The notes beneath the pieces were generated by a model. That model saw nothing but the letters and a program-made list of their open reading frames with translations. It had not been told where the DNA came from and did no database searches. Source: Candidatus Hydrogenedentota bacterium (GTDB lineage: Bacteria > Hydrogenedentota > Hydrogenedentia > Hydrogenedentales > SLHB01). From it: a stretch of DNA of 64,000 nucleotides. The DNA is taken from the NCBI GenBank assembly GCA_045863335.1, contig BTVY01000030.1, forward strand, positions 1-64,000. The letters are read 5' to 3'. Below are positions 1 through 9,680 of the stretch, piece after piece. Each line of letters starts with the position of its first letter. Positions within the stretch are counted from its first letter, which is position 1. Both the position numbers and the translations under genes were made by a program.

Positions 1-35
1 TGAATACCTTTCAAGAACAATAAGTTGCCTTAATT

Positions 36-626
36 ATGATGCAATGCACTAGCGAGATTTCTGACAGTTGGTTCAAGTCGGGCATAGGCATCATGATGAC
101 AACTGCTTTCCTGGGCATCATGTTACTGGCCCTGTTCAGCATCTACTTCGGCGCGCGCGTCCTCGAAACGCCGACGAAACACCGAATCCGGCGGACAACC
201 GGTTATCTCGTTGCTCTCGTCGCGCTGTACGTGGCGTTCGATTTCCCGCATCGGTTTTTTGGAAGTCTGGACGATCGCTTGGCAAGTTCGCTATGGATGT
301 TGAGTGTCACCATTGCCGCAACCTGTATTCACATGTTTGCCGGCCCCGCGATTCTCCGCCGCGAAGGATTTCAGACTTTGGGGTACCGCGAATTCATAAG
401 CAGGATCGCGCTCTTTCTCGTTTCGATCCAAATCGCACTCCTGAGCCCGACACTCATGGATCGGTATGCCCCAAAGGCAGCGGGATACGAGCATGTCCCT
501 GAGGAACCGTGGGGAATGATTGTGTTCTTCGGGTGTCTTTTCCTGGCGTGGGGAACTTACCGCGTTGGGGTCTGGTACACATTGGGTAGTTCGCGTCGAC
601 GGCCTGGCAATAGTGCTGCATCTTGA
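36..626 (+). CDS. hypothetical integral membrane protein (about 5 TM helices); real start may be ATG at 93
   Basis: 196-aa ORF with repeated hydrophobic segments (FLGIMLLALFSIYF, YLVALVALYVAF, LWMLSVTIAATCI, IALFLVSIQIALL, MIVFFGCLFLAW); no family recognised. Confidence 0.65.
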   Translation: MMQCTSEISDSWFKSGIGIMMTTAFLGIMLLALFSIYFGARVLETPTKHRIRRTTGYLVALVALYVAFDFPHRFFGSLDDRLASSLWMLSVTIAATCIHMFAGPAILRREGFQTLGYREFISRIALFLVSIQIALLSPTLMDRYAPKAAGYEHVPEEPWGMIVFFGCLFLAWGTYRVGVWYTLGSSRRRPGNSAAS

Positions 627-666
627 AGATCGTGCTCTGCTTCCGGTCTGAGACGGACGTCCCGTG

Positions 667-876
667 TCATATCTTGCGGCGGATCGCTGCGATCGCTTCG
701 GCCGCCGGGCGGCCCGGGTTACGGTCTACTTCGTAAGCGTCCAATCGCCGGTCAAGTTCGATCTGCTGTTCCCGGGTCAATTCGAGCGCGTGTTGCTCGG
801 CGGCGATACTGTCCCACAAATCTTCAACAAGCTGAATCCGCTCGTTCAGGGGAAGGTCGTATAGGTTTGGATTCAC
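667..876 (-). CDS. putative addiction module component (TIGR02574-like antitoxin)
   Basis: LPLNERIQLVEDLWDSI...ELDRRL signature; GTG start at 876 preceded by GGAGA. Confidence 0.85.
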   Translation of the reverse strand: MNPNLYDLPLNERIQLVEDLWDSIAAEQHALELTREQQIELDRRLDAYEVDRNPGRPAAEAIAAIRRKI

Positions 877-946
877 GTGAGAATCTCCCATGAACTTCGT
901 TGGAACCAGTATACCCGATCGTGCGCGTTGTACGGCACGCGCTTCG

Positions 947-1918
947 CTACACCGGACTCGGCAGAAATGCGTCGGCGTAAATGGCGCCAAGGCTGGCGCC
1001 GGCGAGGAAGGTCTTGCGTTGGAGGGTGCGGACGATGTCGGGGTTGCCGCAGAGGTAGACTTTCCAGCCTTTGAGGGGACCGGCGGTTTCGAGGGCGAAG
1101 GTGTCGATGCTGGCTTCGTGGACGCCTGGCGTGCCGTCGTTCTTGAGGACGCAGGGATAGTAGTGGAACTGCGCGTTTGCCGTGGCGAGGGCGCTGAGTT
1201 CGTCGACTAGGTAGAGGCCTTGCGGCGTTACGCTGCCGCTGAAGAGGTGGATGGGTCCGGTATGTCCCTGGTGGAGGGCGTCGCGGACGATCCCGTAGAG
1301 CGGGGCGAGGCCGGTGCCGGTGCCAACGAGCAGCAGGGGTTGTTCGGGGTCGCCGGGCATGTAAAAGCAATTGCCCGCGGGACCCATGATTTCGATGGTA
1401 TCGCCGGGCTGTGCTTCGCCGTGGAGCCAGGTGCTCATGCGGCCGCCATCGACGCGGGCGACGTGAAATTCGATGAAGGGGTCGAGACCCGGCACGCTGG
1501 CCACGGAGTAACTCCGCACGTGGCCATCGGGACGGCGCAGATTGAAGAACTGTCCGGCGCGATGCTCGGGCGGCGTGTGACACTGCACACGCACGCGCAC
1601 GACGGTCTCGTTTAGTTTCTCGATGGCGTCGATAACCGCGGGCGTTCGCAAGTCCTGACCGTTGACGCGCACAACTTGGAGGTCGGCTTCCGGCGTGCAA
1701 CTGCACGCGAGGAAGTAGCCCTGCGCGCGGTGCGTGTCGCGAAGGCCGGTCTGGGCTTTGGGCGGCAGATCGCCTCCCACCGCCTGCAACATGCAGGACT
1801 GGCACACGCCGGATTTGCAGGAGTGCTCAACAGTCACACCATGCCGGAGCAGGCAGTCCAGCACGGACTCCTGCTCGGCACAGTCGTACGAATTCCCTTC
1901 GAACTGAATATCAGGCAT
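947..1918 (-). CDS. 2Fe-2S ferredoxin / FAD-NAD(P)H-binding oxidoreductase
   Basis: N-terminal HSCKSGVCQSC...LAC plant-type 2Fe-2S motif, RSYS FAD motif, GTGTGLAP and YLCG NAD-binding motifs. Confidence 0.92.
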   Translation of the reverse strand: MPDIQFEGNSYDCAEQESVLDCLLRHGVTVEHSCKSGVCQSCMLQAVGGDLPPKAQTGLRDTHRAQGYFLACSCTPEADLQVVRVNGQDLRTPAVIDAIEKLNETVVRVRVQCHTPPEHRAGQFFNLRRPDGHVRSYSVASVPGLDPFIEFHVARVDGGRMSTWLHGEAQPGDTIEIMGPAGNCFYMPGDPEQPLLLVGTGTGLAPLYGIVRDALHQGHTGPIHLFSGSVTPQGLYLVDELSALATANAQFHYYPCVLKNDGTPGVHEASIDTFALETAGPLKGWKVYLCGNPDIVRTLQRKTFLAGASLGAIYADAFLPSPV

Positions 1919-1937
1919 CGGTTGGTCGTAATCGCGT

Positions 1938-2303
1938 TTACCGGCTCAGCACGTCAGCGCGGGTGCTTTCCGCGGTGGCAACGACTTGTGCGATCAGATC
2001 GTCTGCTACACCGAGTTCCCGAAGCGAGCCATCGAGATGCTCCACGACCGCATCAAAATGCTCGTCGTTGAGGCCGTTCTTCACGAGGTGCGCGTGGGCC
2101 GTGCGCATGTCGTGACCGGAGTAGTTGTTGGGTCCGCCGAAGGCCATCGTAAGAAAGGCTTTCTGCTTGGCGGCCTGACGCTCCATATCCACGGTTTCGA
2201 AGAAGTGGGCGATCCGGTCGTCAGAAAGGACGCGGCGGTAGAAGACATCGACGGCGGCATCGACGGCGGCGGTTCCACCCAGTTGTTCAAATAAGTTGCT
2301 CAT
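1938..2303 (-). CDS. group 1 truncated haemoglobin (trHbN/GlbN-like)
   Basis: LFEQLGG..AVDAAVDVFY, AFGGP..Y.G.DM..AH and HFDAV motifs; ATG at 2303. Confidence 0.95.
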   Translation of the reverse strand: MSNLFEQLGGTAAVDAAVDVFYRRVLSDDRIAHFFETVDMERQAAKQKAFLTMAFGGPNNYSGHDMRTAHAHLVKNGLNDEHFDAVVEHLDGSLRELGVADDLIAQVVATAESTRADVLSR

Positions 2304-2352
2304 GATTTTCCCCCATTCGGTTACTGCGGGTTTTGGGACACAGACTGGCTTA

Positions 2353-2375
2353 AACATGCATTTCGAGTGCATGTT
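2353..2375. promoter_or_regulatory. NsrR-type operator (11-1-11 inverted repeat)
   Basis: AACATGCATTT-C-GAGTGCATGTT, 9/11 palindromic and close to the NsrR consensus AAGATGCATTT-N-AAATRCATCTT; lies between the divergent trHb and Rrf2 genes and abuts TATAAT at 2375-2380. Confidence 0.8.
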
Positions 2376-2458
2376 ATAATCTGTTTGTGAAGATTTGTCA
2401 AGTAGGAGTAAAATGAATATGGGGATGCCGGTCGAGGCCGGGCGTTGGGAGCAGTACC

Positions 2459-2926
2459 ATGCAGTTGACTCTTTACACGGATTACTCGTTGCGGGCCTTA
2501 GTCTACCTGGGCGTGGCGCAGCGAGCCGCCACTATTGCCGAGATCGCGGAGCGGTTCGGCATTTCCCGAAACCACCTCAGCAAAGTCGCCAATAACCTCG
2601 TGCATTTGGGATACATCGATTCCATGCAGGGCAAGGGCGGCGGCCTGGTACTCTCGAAATCTCCCGACTCCATCAACGTTGGCGAGGTGGTTCGCAAGGT
2701 CGAGCCCAACTTTCATCTGGTCGAGTGCTTTGATCGGGAGCACGACACCTGCCCGATTACGCCGGTTTGTTCGCTGAAGCACATGCTCGGGGAAGCGGAG
2801 GCCGCTTTTTTTGGCGTGCTCGATAAGTACACGTTGCGCGACCTGATGGTGGACGGGGATGTCATGCTGGAGTTGCTAGGGGACGGGCAGCACCACGTTC
2901 ATCAACCCAATGACGCGGCGACCTGA
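2459..2926 (+). CDS. nsrR: Rrf2-family NO-sensing repressor NsrR
   Basis: MQLTLYTDYSLR N-terminus, ISRNHL.KV HTH, GKGGG, LVECF...C.I.P.C.L three-Cys cluster motif. Confidence 0.9.
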   Translation: MQLTLYTDYSLRALVYLGVAQRAATIAEIAERFGISRNHLSKVANNLVHLGYIDSMQGKGGGLVLSKSPDSINVGEVVRKVEPNFHLVECFDREHDTCPITPVCSLKHMLGEAEAAFFGVLDKYTLRDLMVDGDVMLELLGDGQHHVHQPNDAAT

Positions 2927-4272
2927 TTCACGGCGCGGTGCGCAGAGACGACGCAATCGTTGAGTCCTACGCCGCGATAGGCGTTTCCAGCGAAGACGAG
3001 GCCGGGGTATGTGGCCTCGGCGGCTTCCACCACGGCGAGCGTTTCGCCGTGGTGAAGCAGATACTGGGGGATGCCGCGGCGGTGGCGGAAGATTCGCAGC
3101 ATTTCGGGTTCACCTTCGATCCGTAGCAGTGGATACAGTTCGCGTCGCAGCAGATCAACGAAATCACTGTCGCTCATCTCTACTGCATCGGGGTCCGTAT
3201 ATCCGCCAATCATGGTCCGCAGCAGGACGTGTCCTTCCGGCGCTTGATGGGGGAAGATCGAGGACGTCCAGAGACAGCCCAGGATACGTTTGCCTTGCGT
3301 GCGGGGGATGAGGAAGCCGAAGCCGTTTAGGTCGTGACCCACTGCCTCGCGCGGAAACGCGGTGCAGACAACGGCAATGTTCGCGTAGGCGACCGCGTCG
3401 AGCGTCTTTGCCAGCGCGGTATTCAGGTCGTTCACAATGTTCGCCGCCGCGAAAGCAGGGGTAGCGAGTACAACGGCCTGGGCATCGACGGACGTGCCGT
3501 CTTCACAAGCAATACGGTACGCGCCTCCGTCTCGCGAGAGCGTCTTCGCCGGAGTGCCGGCCAAGGCGCGGTCGTTGAGTTGTTCCGCGGCTTGGGTGGG
3601 CAGATAGCCGATGCCTTCTTCAAATGAAGTCAACACGCCGCTGGGCCCGACGGGACTGGCGGCGTTGTTTTCCTTTTTCTTCGCAAGCAGCGCTTTGAAC
3701 AGCGTGCCGTAATCGCGCTCCATGGCCGCCATGCGGGGGAAGCAATGAGCGAGCGAAAGCTGTTTTGCGTCGCCGCCGAATACACCGCTTACCATGGGAC
3801 CGACCAAGGTGTCCGCGGCTTCCTTGCCGATCCGTCGTGCGGCGAAGTCCCAGATCGTCTCCGGGGAGTCGTCTTTCTTGCCTGGAACAAGCGGTTCGCA
3901 CATGAGCCGCGCGCGCCCGGGCAGGGACAGCAGCGGGGTCAGCAGGAATTTGGGGGGCGGAAGGATCTCGACGAGTGCGTCGTTCTTCATGATGAACCGG
4001 CGCGCGGCCGATTCGTCGGCGCGCACGAGTTTATCCGACAGGCCGAGGTCGTCGACCCACTGCAGCGTCAGTGGCTCGCGATCCAGGAAGCCGTTGGGGC
4101 CCCAATCGAGCAGGAAGCCGTCAGCCGCATCCGTGCGCGTCGTGCCGCCGGGGTAATCGGAGGCCTCGAGGAGGAGCACGGCGTCGCGGCCGTAGCGTTC
4201 AGCCAAATAGTGCGCAGCGCACAGGCCTGTGACGCCGCCACCGAGAATGGCAATCTTCGTGTCGTAATGCAT
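2902..4272 (-). CDS. hemG: protoporphyrinogen/coproporphyrinogen oxidase (HemY/HemG type)
   Basis: GGGVTGL FAD motif, GPNGF, GFGFLIPR, IPQY, G.GLNDCV; coupled to hemN by a 1-nt overlap. Confidence 0.93.
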   Translation of the reverse strand: MHYDTKIAILGGGVTGLCAAHYLAERYGRDAVLLLEASDYPGGTTRTDAADGFLLDWGPNGFLDREPLTLQWVDDLGLSDKLVRADESAARRFIMKNDALVEILPPPKFLLTPLLSLPGRARLMCEPLVPGKKDDSPETIWDFAARRIGKEAADTLVGPMVSGVFGGDAKQLSLAHCFPRMAAMERDYGTLFKALLAKKKENNAASPVGPSGVLTSFEEGIGYLPTQAAEQLNDRALAGTPAKTLSRDGGAYRIACEDGTSVDAQAVVLATPAFAAANIVNDLNTALAKTLDAVAYANIAVVCTAFPREAVGHDLNGFGFLIPRTQGKRILGCLWTSSIFPHQAPEGHVLLRTMIGGYTDPDAVEMSDSDFVDLLRRELYPLLRIEGEPEMLRIFRHRRGIPQYLLHHGETLAVVEAAEATYPGLVFAGNAYRGVGLNDCVVSAHRAVNQVAASLG

Positions 4273-5669
4273 CAGACCGTGCGCGAGAATTGGGTTTTGG
4301 CCGCAGCCTTCTTAAGATGGGCGTCGAAGACCATGGCGATGTTGCGGATGAAAATTTGTCCCAGAGGAAGCACACGCAGCGCGCCATTCTCGCGTACCAA
4401 GAATTCATCTTCGTACAAGGGCGCGAGCGCGGCTTCTTCGCCGGTAAAGTACTCGGTGAAGACGATCCCGAAGCGGGACTCGAGATCGGCGAAGTCGAGG
4501 TAAAAGTTGCACATGAGTTCGCGGATGACATGACTGCGGATGGCGTCGTCCTTCGTCAACTCGAAACCGCAGGACGTGGCGAACTTGCCCGCTTCCAAGG
4601 CCTGATAGTAGCGCGACAGCTTCTTCTCGTTCTGCGCGTAGCATCCGCCAATCTCGCCGATGGCGGAGGTGCCGATGCCGAGCATGTCCGTGGCAGGCAC
4701 GACGGTGTATCCCATGAAATTGCGGCGAAGCCGGCGTTCATCCATGGCAAGGGATAGCTCGTCCTGGGGTTTCGCGAAATGATCCATGCCAATGGCGCGA
4801 TAGCCCGCGGCCGTGAACTTGGCGCGCGCGATGGTGAAGAGTTCCAGCTTATGGTCGGCGTCCGGGAGCTTGGCCATGTCGATGTGACGCTGATTGTGCA
4901 ACTTGTCCGGCAGGTAGGCGTAGCTGTAGACGGCCAGCCGGTCCGGCGCGATGTCGATCACCTTGTCGATGGTCTCGGACCACCCTTCGACGGATTGCCC
5001 CGGGAGGCCGTAAATCAGGTCGATGTTGATTCCGTCAAATCCAGAGTCGCGACAGATACCAAAGAGCTTGCGCGTCTGTTCCTCGGTCTGAAAGCGGTGA
5101 ATCTCGCATTGCACTTCGGGGTCAAGATCCTGGACGCCCATGCTGGCGCGATTGAAGCCGAGCTTGCGCAGCGTCGCGACTTGTTCGGGTGTCGTGACGC
5201 GGGGGTCCATTTCGAGGGCGATCTCCGCGTTGGACGCAATGCTGAAGCGGTCGCGCACCATTCCGAACAGGCGCTCAATCTGATCCACATGGAGGAACGT
5301 CGGCGTGCCGCCGCCCCAGTGCATTTGTTGCACGTGACGCCGTTCGCCGAGGGCCTCGGCGGCCATGGAAATTTCCAGCTCGATATGGTCCAGGTAGACG
5401 TCGGCCACGCCCTCCTTCTTTGAGATGATGACGTTGCACCCGCAGAAAGCGCAGCGTTCCTGGCAGAAGGGCACGTGGATGTAAATGGACAGGGGATCGC
5501 CGGCCCGTGATGCGGCTTCACTCAGTGCCTTCCGGTACTCCGCGTCGCCGAAATCTTCGCGCCAGACCGGCGCAGTGGGATAGCTCGTGTAGCGTGGTCC
5601 GGGCCGATCATACCGGCGCAACAGTTCAGGTGTCACCTGTATAGATTCTGCTGTTTGTTCGATACTCAT
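4272..5669 (-). CDS. hemN: oxygen-independent coproporphyrinogen III oxidase
   Basis: GPRYTSYPTA, YIHVPFCQERCAFCGC radical SAM motif, GGGTPT, IGMDHFA, RNFMGY. Confidence 0.97.
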   Translation of the reverse strand: MSIEQTAESIQVTPELLRRYDRPGPRYTSYPTAPVWREDFGDAEYRKALSEAASRAGDPLSIYIHVPFCQERCAFCGCNVIISKKEGVADVYLDHIELEISMAAEALGERRHVQQMHWGGGTPTFLHVDQIERLFGMVRDRFSIASNAEIALEMDPRVTTPEQVATLRKLGFNRASMGVQDLDPEVQCEIHRFQTEEQTRKLFGICRDSGFDGINIDLIYGLPGQSVEGWSETIDKVIDIAPDRLAVYSYAYLPDKLHNQRHIDMAKLPDADHKLELFTIARAKFTAAGYRAIGMDHFAKPQDELSLAMDERRLRRNFMGYTVVPATDMLGIGTSAIGEIGGCYAQNEKKLSRYYQALEAGKFATSCGFELTKDDAIRSHVIRELMCNFYLDFADLESRFGIVFTEYFTGEEAALAPLYEDEFLVRENGALRVLPLGQIFIRNIAMVFDAHLKKAAAKTQFSRTV

Positions 5670-5810
5670 GCTTGTTTTAATCGTCTGTTTGTGTCAGACG
5701 TGCTGACGAACCTTGCTTCTCAAAGAACTATTATACACGGTCTCGGGCCCCCGATTCCTGCTGACCAGCGGCTGACGTGGTAAAGTTAAGGAAAGACTTG
5801 AGGAGACATT

Positions 5811-7019
5811 ATGCTTCAACCACTGGACAAGCCTTCGCCGTGGCGTTACGCGGTGTGGCCGATTATCGTTTTGCTCTTGCTGGGCGCGGGCTTCTGCTTC
5901 GGCGTCTGGTTCTCGAACCGGTACCGCATCGTACCCGTGGATCCGGCGAACATCAATACCGAATCCGGGACGCTGGCATCGACTGACGCTTCTCCGTCCG
6001 CAGTACCATCGTATTCGGCCGAGAACCCGCCTTCTACGCAGGAGTATTCGACAGACGGACCCTTTCAGTTCCGGTTCACGCCGGAGGAGGTGACCTATTA
6101 CCGGCTGGACACGACCATTGCCGGTCAAGGCGCGGATGGCGGTCTCGCCTCCGACGTGTACCTGGATTTCGACGGTGATTTCAGTCTGTACACGAAGGAT
6201 GTAGATGATCGAGGTGTCGCGGATTTGCGCCTGCTTTTTGAGAGCGCGTCGCTGAACGGCGAGTTCCTGGGAAGTCCGTTTGAAATGGGGTACTCGCCGG
6301 AACGCACTTATATCTACGACGGCGGCCAGACGCTGGATACCGACGCAGGGGCGAATCTGGACAACATTCCGCAGCTTGAGTTCTTTCAACATCCATTGAC
6401 GATGCGCGTGGCGCCTAATGGCCAGGTGTTGGACATCGGCGGGCAGACCGGTATGGCGGGCATGCTGAAAGCGCTGCCTGCTTTGGCACGGGTGGAGTTC
6501 CCTGACGAGGGCGTCCCTGAGTCCGGTCAATGGGAATCACGCATCCAGATGCCGGTACCTGGGTTTGGGCAGGCAGTCGATACGCGAATCGTCAACAAGC
6601 TTATCGGCTACGAGTACGTGGGGGATCGGTATTGCGCCGTGATCCACCAGGATTTCGGGGGCGCACAACAGGATGGGACGCTCGATTCGCCGGAAAGTGC
6701 CATGGGATCGGCCATGCAGTTCAGCATGTCCTTGTTCGACCTGAACGGGACCAACACGGTTTACTTCGATGTGAACCGGGGGCAGGTGGTACATGCCGTC
6801 CTCGATCTGGCGCTTATCATGAATATCGGGTCCGTTCTGGGCGATGCAGCGGGACTCGTAGGGCAGCTAGGGCAAGGGATACTGGGGGGCAATGCAGAGG
6901 GTGTCGAGGACCTGCTCGGACCGACCCCGAACCAGCCTAATCTGCTGGATTTGTCGGTGAAAATCGACGGTGCCATCTCCGCATTTGACCCGGCAGCCGA
7001 GCCGATACCGGTGCCGTAG
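5811..7019 (+). CDS. hypothetical membrane-anchored exported beta-rich protein (DUF6263-like)
   Basis: N-terminal TM helix, Ser/Pro linker, then acidic beta-strand-rich domain (FP...V..GQW, YFDVNRG). Confidence 0.7.
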   Translation: MLQPLDKPSPWRYAVWPIIVLLLLGAGFCFGVWFSNRYRIVPVDPANINTESGTLASTDASPSAVPSYSAENPPSTQEYSTDGPFQFRFTPEEVTYYRLDTTIAGQGADGGLASDVYLDFDGDFSLYTKDVDDRGVADLRLLFESASLNGEFLGSPFEMGYSPERTYIYDGGQTLDTDAGANLDNIPQLEFFQHPLTMRVAPNGQVLDIGGQTGMAGMLKALPALARVEFPDEGVPESGQWESRIQMPVPGFGQAVDTRIVNKLIGYEYVGDRYCAVIHQDFGGAQQDGTLDSPESAMGSAMQFSMSLFDLNGTNTVYFDVNRGQVVHAVLDLALIMNIGSVLGDAAGLVGQLGQGILGGNAEGVEDLLGPTPNQPNLLDLSVKIDGAISAFDPAAEPIPVP

Positions 7020-7163
7020 ACGAAGTTTAATTGTTTACGCCTTCGATAATTCTTGCATTTAACGAAAATCTATGGGATTATCCTATCGTAATTGGGTGTC
7101 CGGTAGTATTTGGGTTGTGGCCAATCTATCTTCGTTGACCACGGCCAATCTTGGAGCCGCGCG

Positions 7164-7937
7164 TTGATTGACGCAGGTGTAGTATCCGTTACATTTCGCA
7201 CTCTGCCAGCTGAAGAGGTGATTCGGCTAGCGTCTTCCGCTGGGCTAACGGGTATTGAGTGGTCCGGCGATACGCATGTTCCGGCAGGCAAGCTGGTGCG
7301 AGCCCGCAATGTCGGCAATGCCACACGCGATGCTGGATTGAAAGTGGCCGCCTACGGTTCTTATTACAAGGTCGGCTATGAGACACCGGGCGCGACTTTT
7401 GACAACGTGCTCGAGACGGCGTTGGCACTGGGTGCGCCGGAGATTCGAGTCTTCGCCGGCGATAACGGGTCCAAGGTCGCTAGAGAGCACATCTGGCGGC
7501 GAGTCGCCACGGAGACCCAGCGAATCGCCGACAAGGCCCGGTCGCAAGGCATCTCCATCTCCTTTGAGTTTCAAGCCAACACGCTCAACGACTCCCCCAA
7601 GGCGAGCCTCCAACTGCTGGAGTCCATCGATCGGGAGAACGTGTTCACCTATTGGCAGCCCGATGCGCGTCTGCTCCACGATGAGTTGTTGCAGGGATTA
7701 GAAGAGGTCGTCGACCGCGTGAGCAACATGCACGTGTTCCACTGGGCGAAGGGACGCCGGATGGCGCTGAGCGACGGGGAGAAGGACTGGCGACACTACT
7801 TGGCGAAGCTCCGGAGGACCAAACGGGATCACTTCGCGCTGATCGAGTTCGTCCAGGACGATCTACCGTCGAAATTCGAACGTGACGCAGAAACGCTGTT
7901 GGGGATCTTGGAGACGTTGCCGCATCGGAAAGATTGA
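7164..7937 (+). CDS. sugar phosphate isomerase/epimerase (xylose-isomerase-like TIM barrel)
   Basis: SVTFR, GIEW.GD.HVP, YGSYY, IRVFAG, TYWQP, HVFHW, IEFV; TTG start at 7164 after GGAG. Confidence 0.88.
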   Translation: MIDAGVVSVTFRTLPAEEVIRLASSAGLTGIEWSGDTHVPAGKLVRARNVGNATRDAGLKVAAYGSYYKVGYETPGATFDNVLETALALGAPEIRVFAGDNGSKVAREHIWRRVATETQRIADKARSQGISISFEFQANTLNDSPKASLQLLESIDRENVFTYWQPDARLLHDELLQGLEEVVDRVSNMHVFHWAKGRRMALSDGEKDWRHYLAKLRRTKRDHFALIEFVQDDLPSKFERDAETLLGILETLPHRKD

Positions 7938-7994
7938 GACGGGAGACTGGAGGCTGGCGACCGGAGGCATATTCCGACGAAAGACTCCGGACCG

Positions 7995-9476
7995 CTACCT
8001 GAATTGGCTTGCCCAGCGTTCCATTCGTTGGTCTTCGTTGCGCATTCGCCAGCGGAGCATCTTTTGGGCATACGTTGCGATGATGGGGGCGGCGTTGGGG
8101 TCTGCGGCGAGATTGTGGAATTCGCCAGGGTCCTTCTGGAGATCGAAGAGTAACGGGGGCATGGCTTCCAGGCCGAACTGGACGTACTTGTAGCAGTCGT
8201 CGCGCAGGACCCAGAGGATGCATTCGTCGGGATTGACGCCGGGATCGTCTCGGAAGAATCCTCGGAAGTCATATTCAAAGTGGATGGCGTCTCTGACTCT
8301 CCTCTCCCCCATTCCCCGCACTTGGCTAAGCATACTCTTTCCCTGGAAGCGATTGGGGATGGGCTCGACCAGGTACTCGAGCACGGCCGGCGCGATGTCG
8401 ATGGATTCGACGAAGGAATCCAACTGTTGGCTGCGGGTTGCGTCCGCTTCCGATGAGGGGTCGCGGACAATGAGGGGTACGCGCATGGTCTCGTCGTAGA
8501 AATGGGCCTTGTCGGTGAAGAAGTGATCGCCGAGGTACTCGCCGTGATCGGACGTGAAGACGATGAGCGTGTTATCCCACTGGCCGGTTTCCTTGAGCGT
8601 GTCGATGAGGCGGCCCACGCAGGCGTCGATCTCGGAGATCATCCCGTAGTAGCAGGCGCGAGTTTCGCGGAGGTCGCGTTCCTCGACCAACGCCGGCGCG
8701 CGACGCACAGTTTGCAGATAGGGATGCTCGTTATTCAGTTCGCGCGCATCGCGGTTTGCCGGGGGCATGTCGGCGGGATCGTACATGTCATTGTACGGGG
8801 CCGGGCAGATGCGCGGCGGATGGGGCTTGATGAAATTCACGTTGGCGAACCAGCCCGAGCCCGCTCCGCGAATCCATTTGCAGGCTTGGGTCGTCAGGAA
8901 CTGACATTCACTGTCCTCGGCGCGGTAGTGGGCGGGATAGCGCAGCGGTAGATGGTCGCCGGAACCGCCCGTCGGAATGTTGAAGGTGGTGCAAATCGCC
9001 GGTCCGCATAGTTCGTCGGGATAACCCTTCGCGCGGAGATCGTCGAAGTAGGCCGGAGAATGGTATTCGTGCTGATACACGTGATCGAAACCGGGGAATG
9101 CATTGTCGTAGCGGAGCGAAGTCTTGCGGAGATCATTGTCGGGCAGAATGCGCGGATCGACGGCGTAGTCATTGTACCCGAACATGGCGGTGGCGAATCC
9201 CCCACGTTTCACAAACAAGGCGAGGTTATCGTCGGCGTCGACAAGGGGTGTCATGTTGTTGACCGTGCGCGTCGAGCAAAGGTACCGGCTCGTGAAGATG
9301 GACATGCGGCTGGGTCCGCAGGGGGCGGTCTGGCAGAAGCAGCGGTTGAAGAGCGCGCCCTCGGCGGCGAGGGCGTCGAGGTGGGGCGTTTGGATGACGG
9401 GATTGCCCGCCGCGCCGAGGCAGTCCCACCGGAACTGGTCGGCAATGATGAAGAGGACGTTTTTTGGTGGGTACAT
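7995..9476 (-). CDS. sulfatase / phosphonate monoester hydrolase-like alkaline-phosphatase-superfamily enzyme
   Basis: NVLFIIADQ, CGPSR (CxPxR formylglycine motif), KPHPP, TSDHG, EYDFR; ATG at 9476 with GAAAGGAG RBS. Confidence 0.9.
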   Translation of the reverse strand: MYPPKNVLFIIADQFRWDCLGAAGNPVIQTPHLDALAAEGALFNRCFCQTAPCGPSRMSIFTSRYLCSTRTVNNMTPLVDADDNLALFVKRGGFATAMFGYNDYAVDPRILPDNDLRKTSLRYDNAFPGFDHVYQHEYHSPAYFDDLRAKGYPDELCGPAICTTFNIPTGGSGDHLPLRYPAHYRAEDSECQFLTTQACKWIRGAGSGWFANVNFIKPHPPRICPAPYNDMYDPADMPPANRDARELNNEHPYLQTVRRAPALVEERDLRETRACYYGMISEIDACVGRLIDTLKETGQWDNTLIVFTSDHGEYLGDHFFTDKAHFYDETMRVPLIVRDPSSEADATRSQQLDSFVESIDIAPAVLEYLVEPIPNRFQGKSMLSQVRGMGERRVRDAIHFEYDFRGFFRDDPGVNPDECILWVLRDDCYKYVQFGLEAMPPLLFDLQKDPGEFHNLAADPNAAPIIATYAQKMLRWRMRNEDQRMERWASQFR

Positions 9477-9680
9477 CCCGGTTCGACTCCTTTCACCTCC
9501 GAAACTGAACGGGGAGAGCGTAGCGGAGAAAGCGTCCAAACAACAATCGATATGGGTGCTTTCCAGCAGATTCGAGACGCGTTCAATCGATGCTTGACCG
9601 GCATCTCTGGCTAGATGCGCAAGGTGTCTGGTACGGGCGTACGACCATACGCGACGGCACAGTCAATCTGCCTGCCGAAA

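Noticed and set aside
7940-7970. Short GGAGACT/GGAGGCT heptamer run (and the GGGAGC run near 43472)
   Set aside because: Only three or four degenerate units with no partner arm; too weak to call an element
9478-9500. GGTTCGACTCC resembling a tRNA T-loop
   Set aside because: The T-stem does not pair, there is no cloverleaf or CCA, and it is the reverse complement of the sulfatase RBS region
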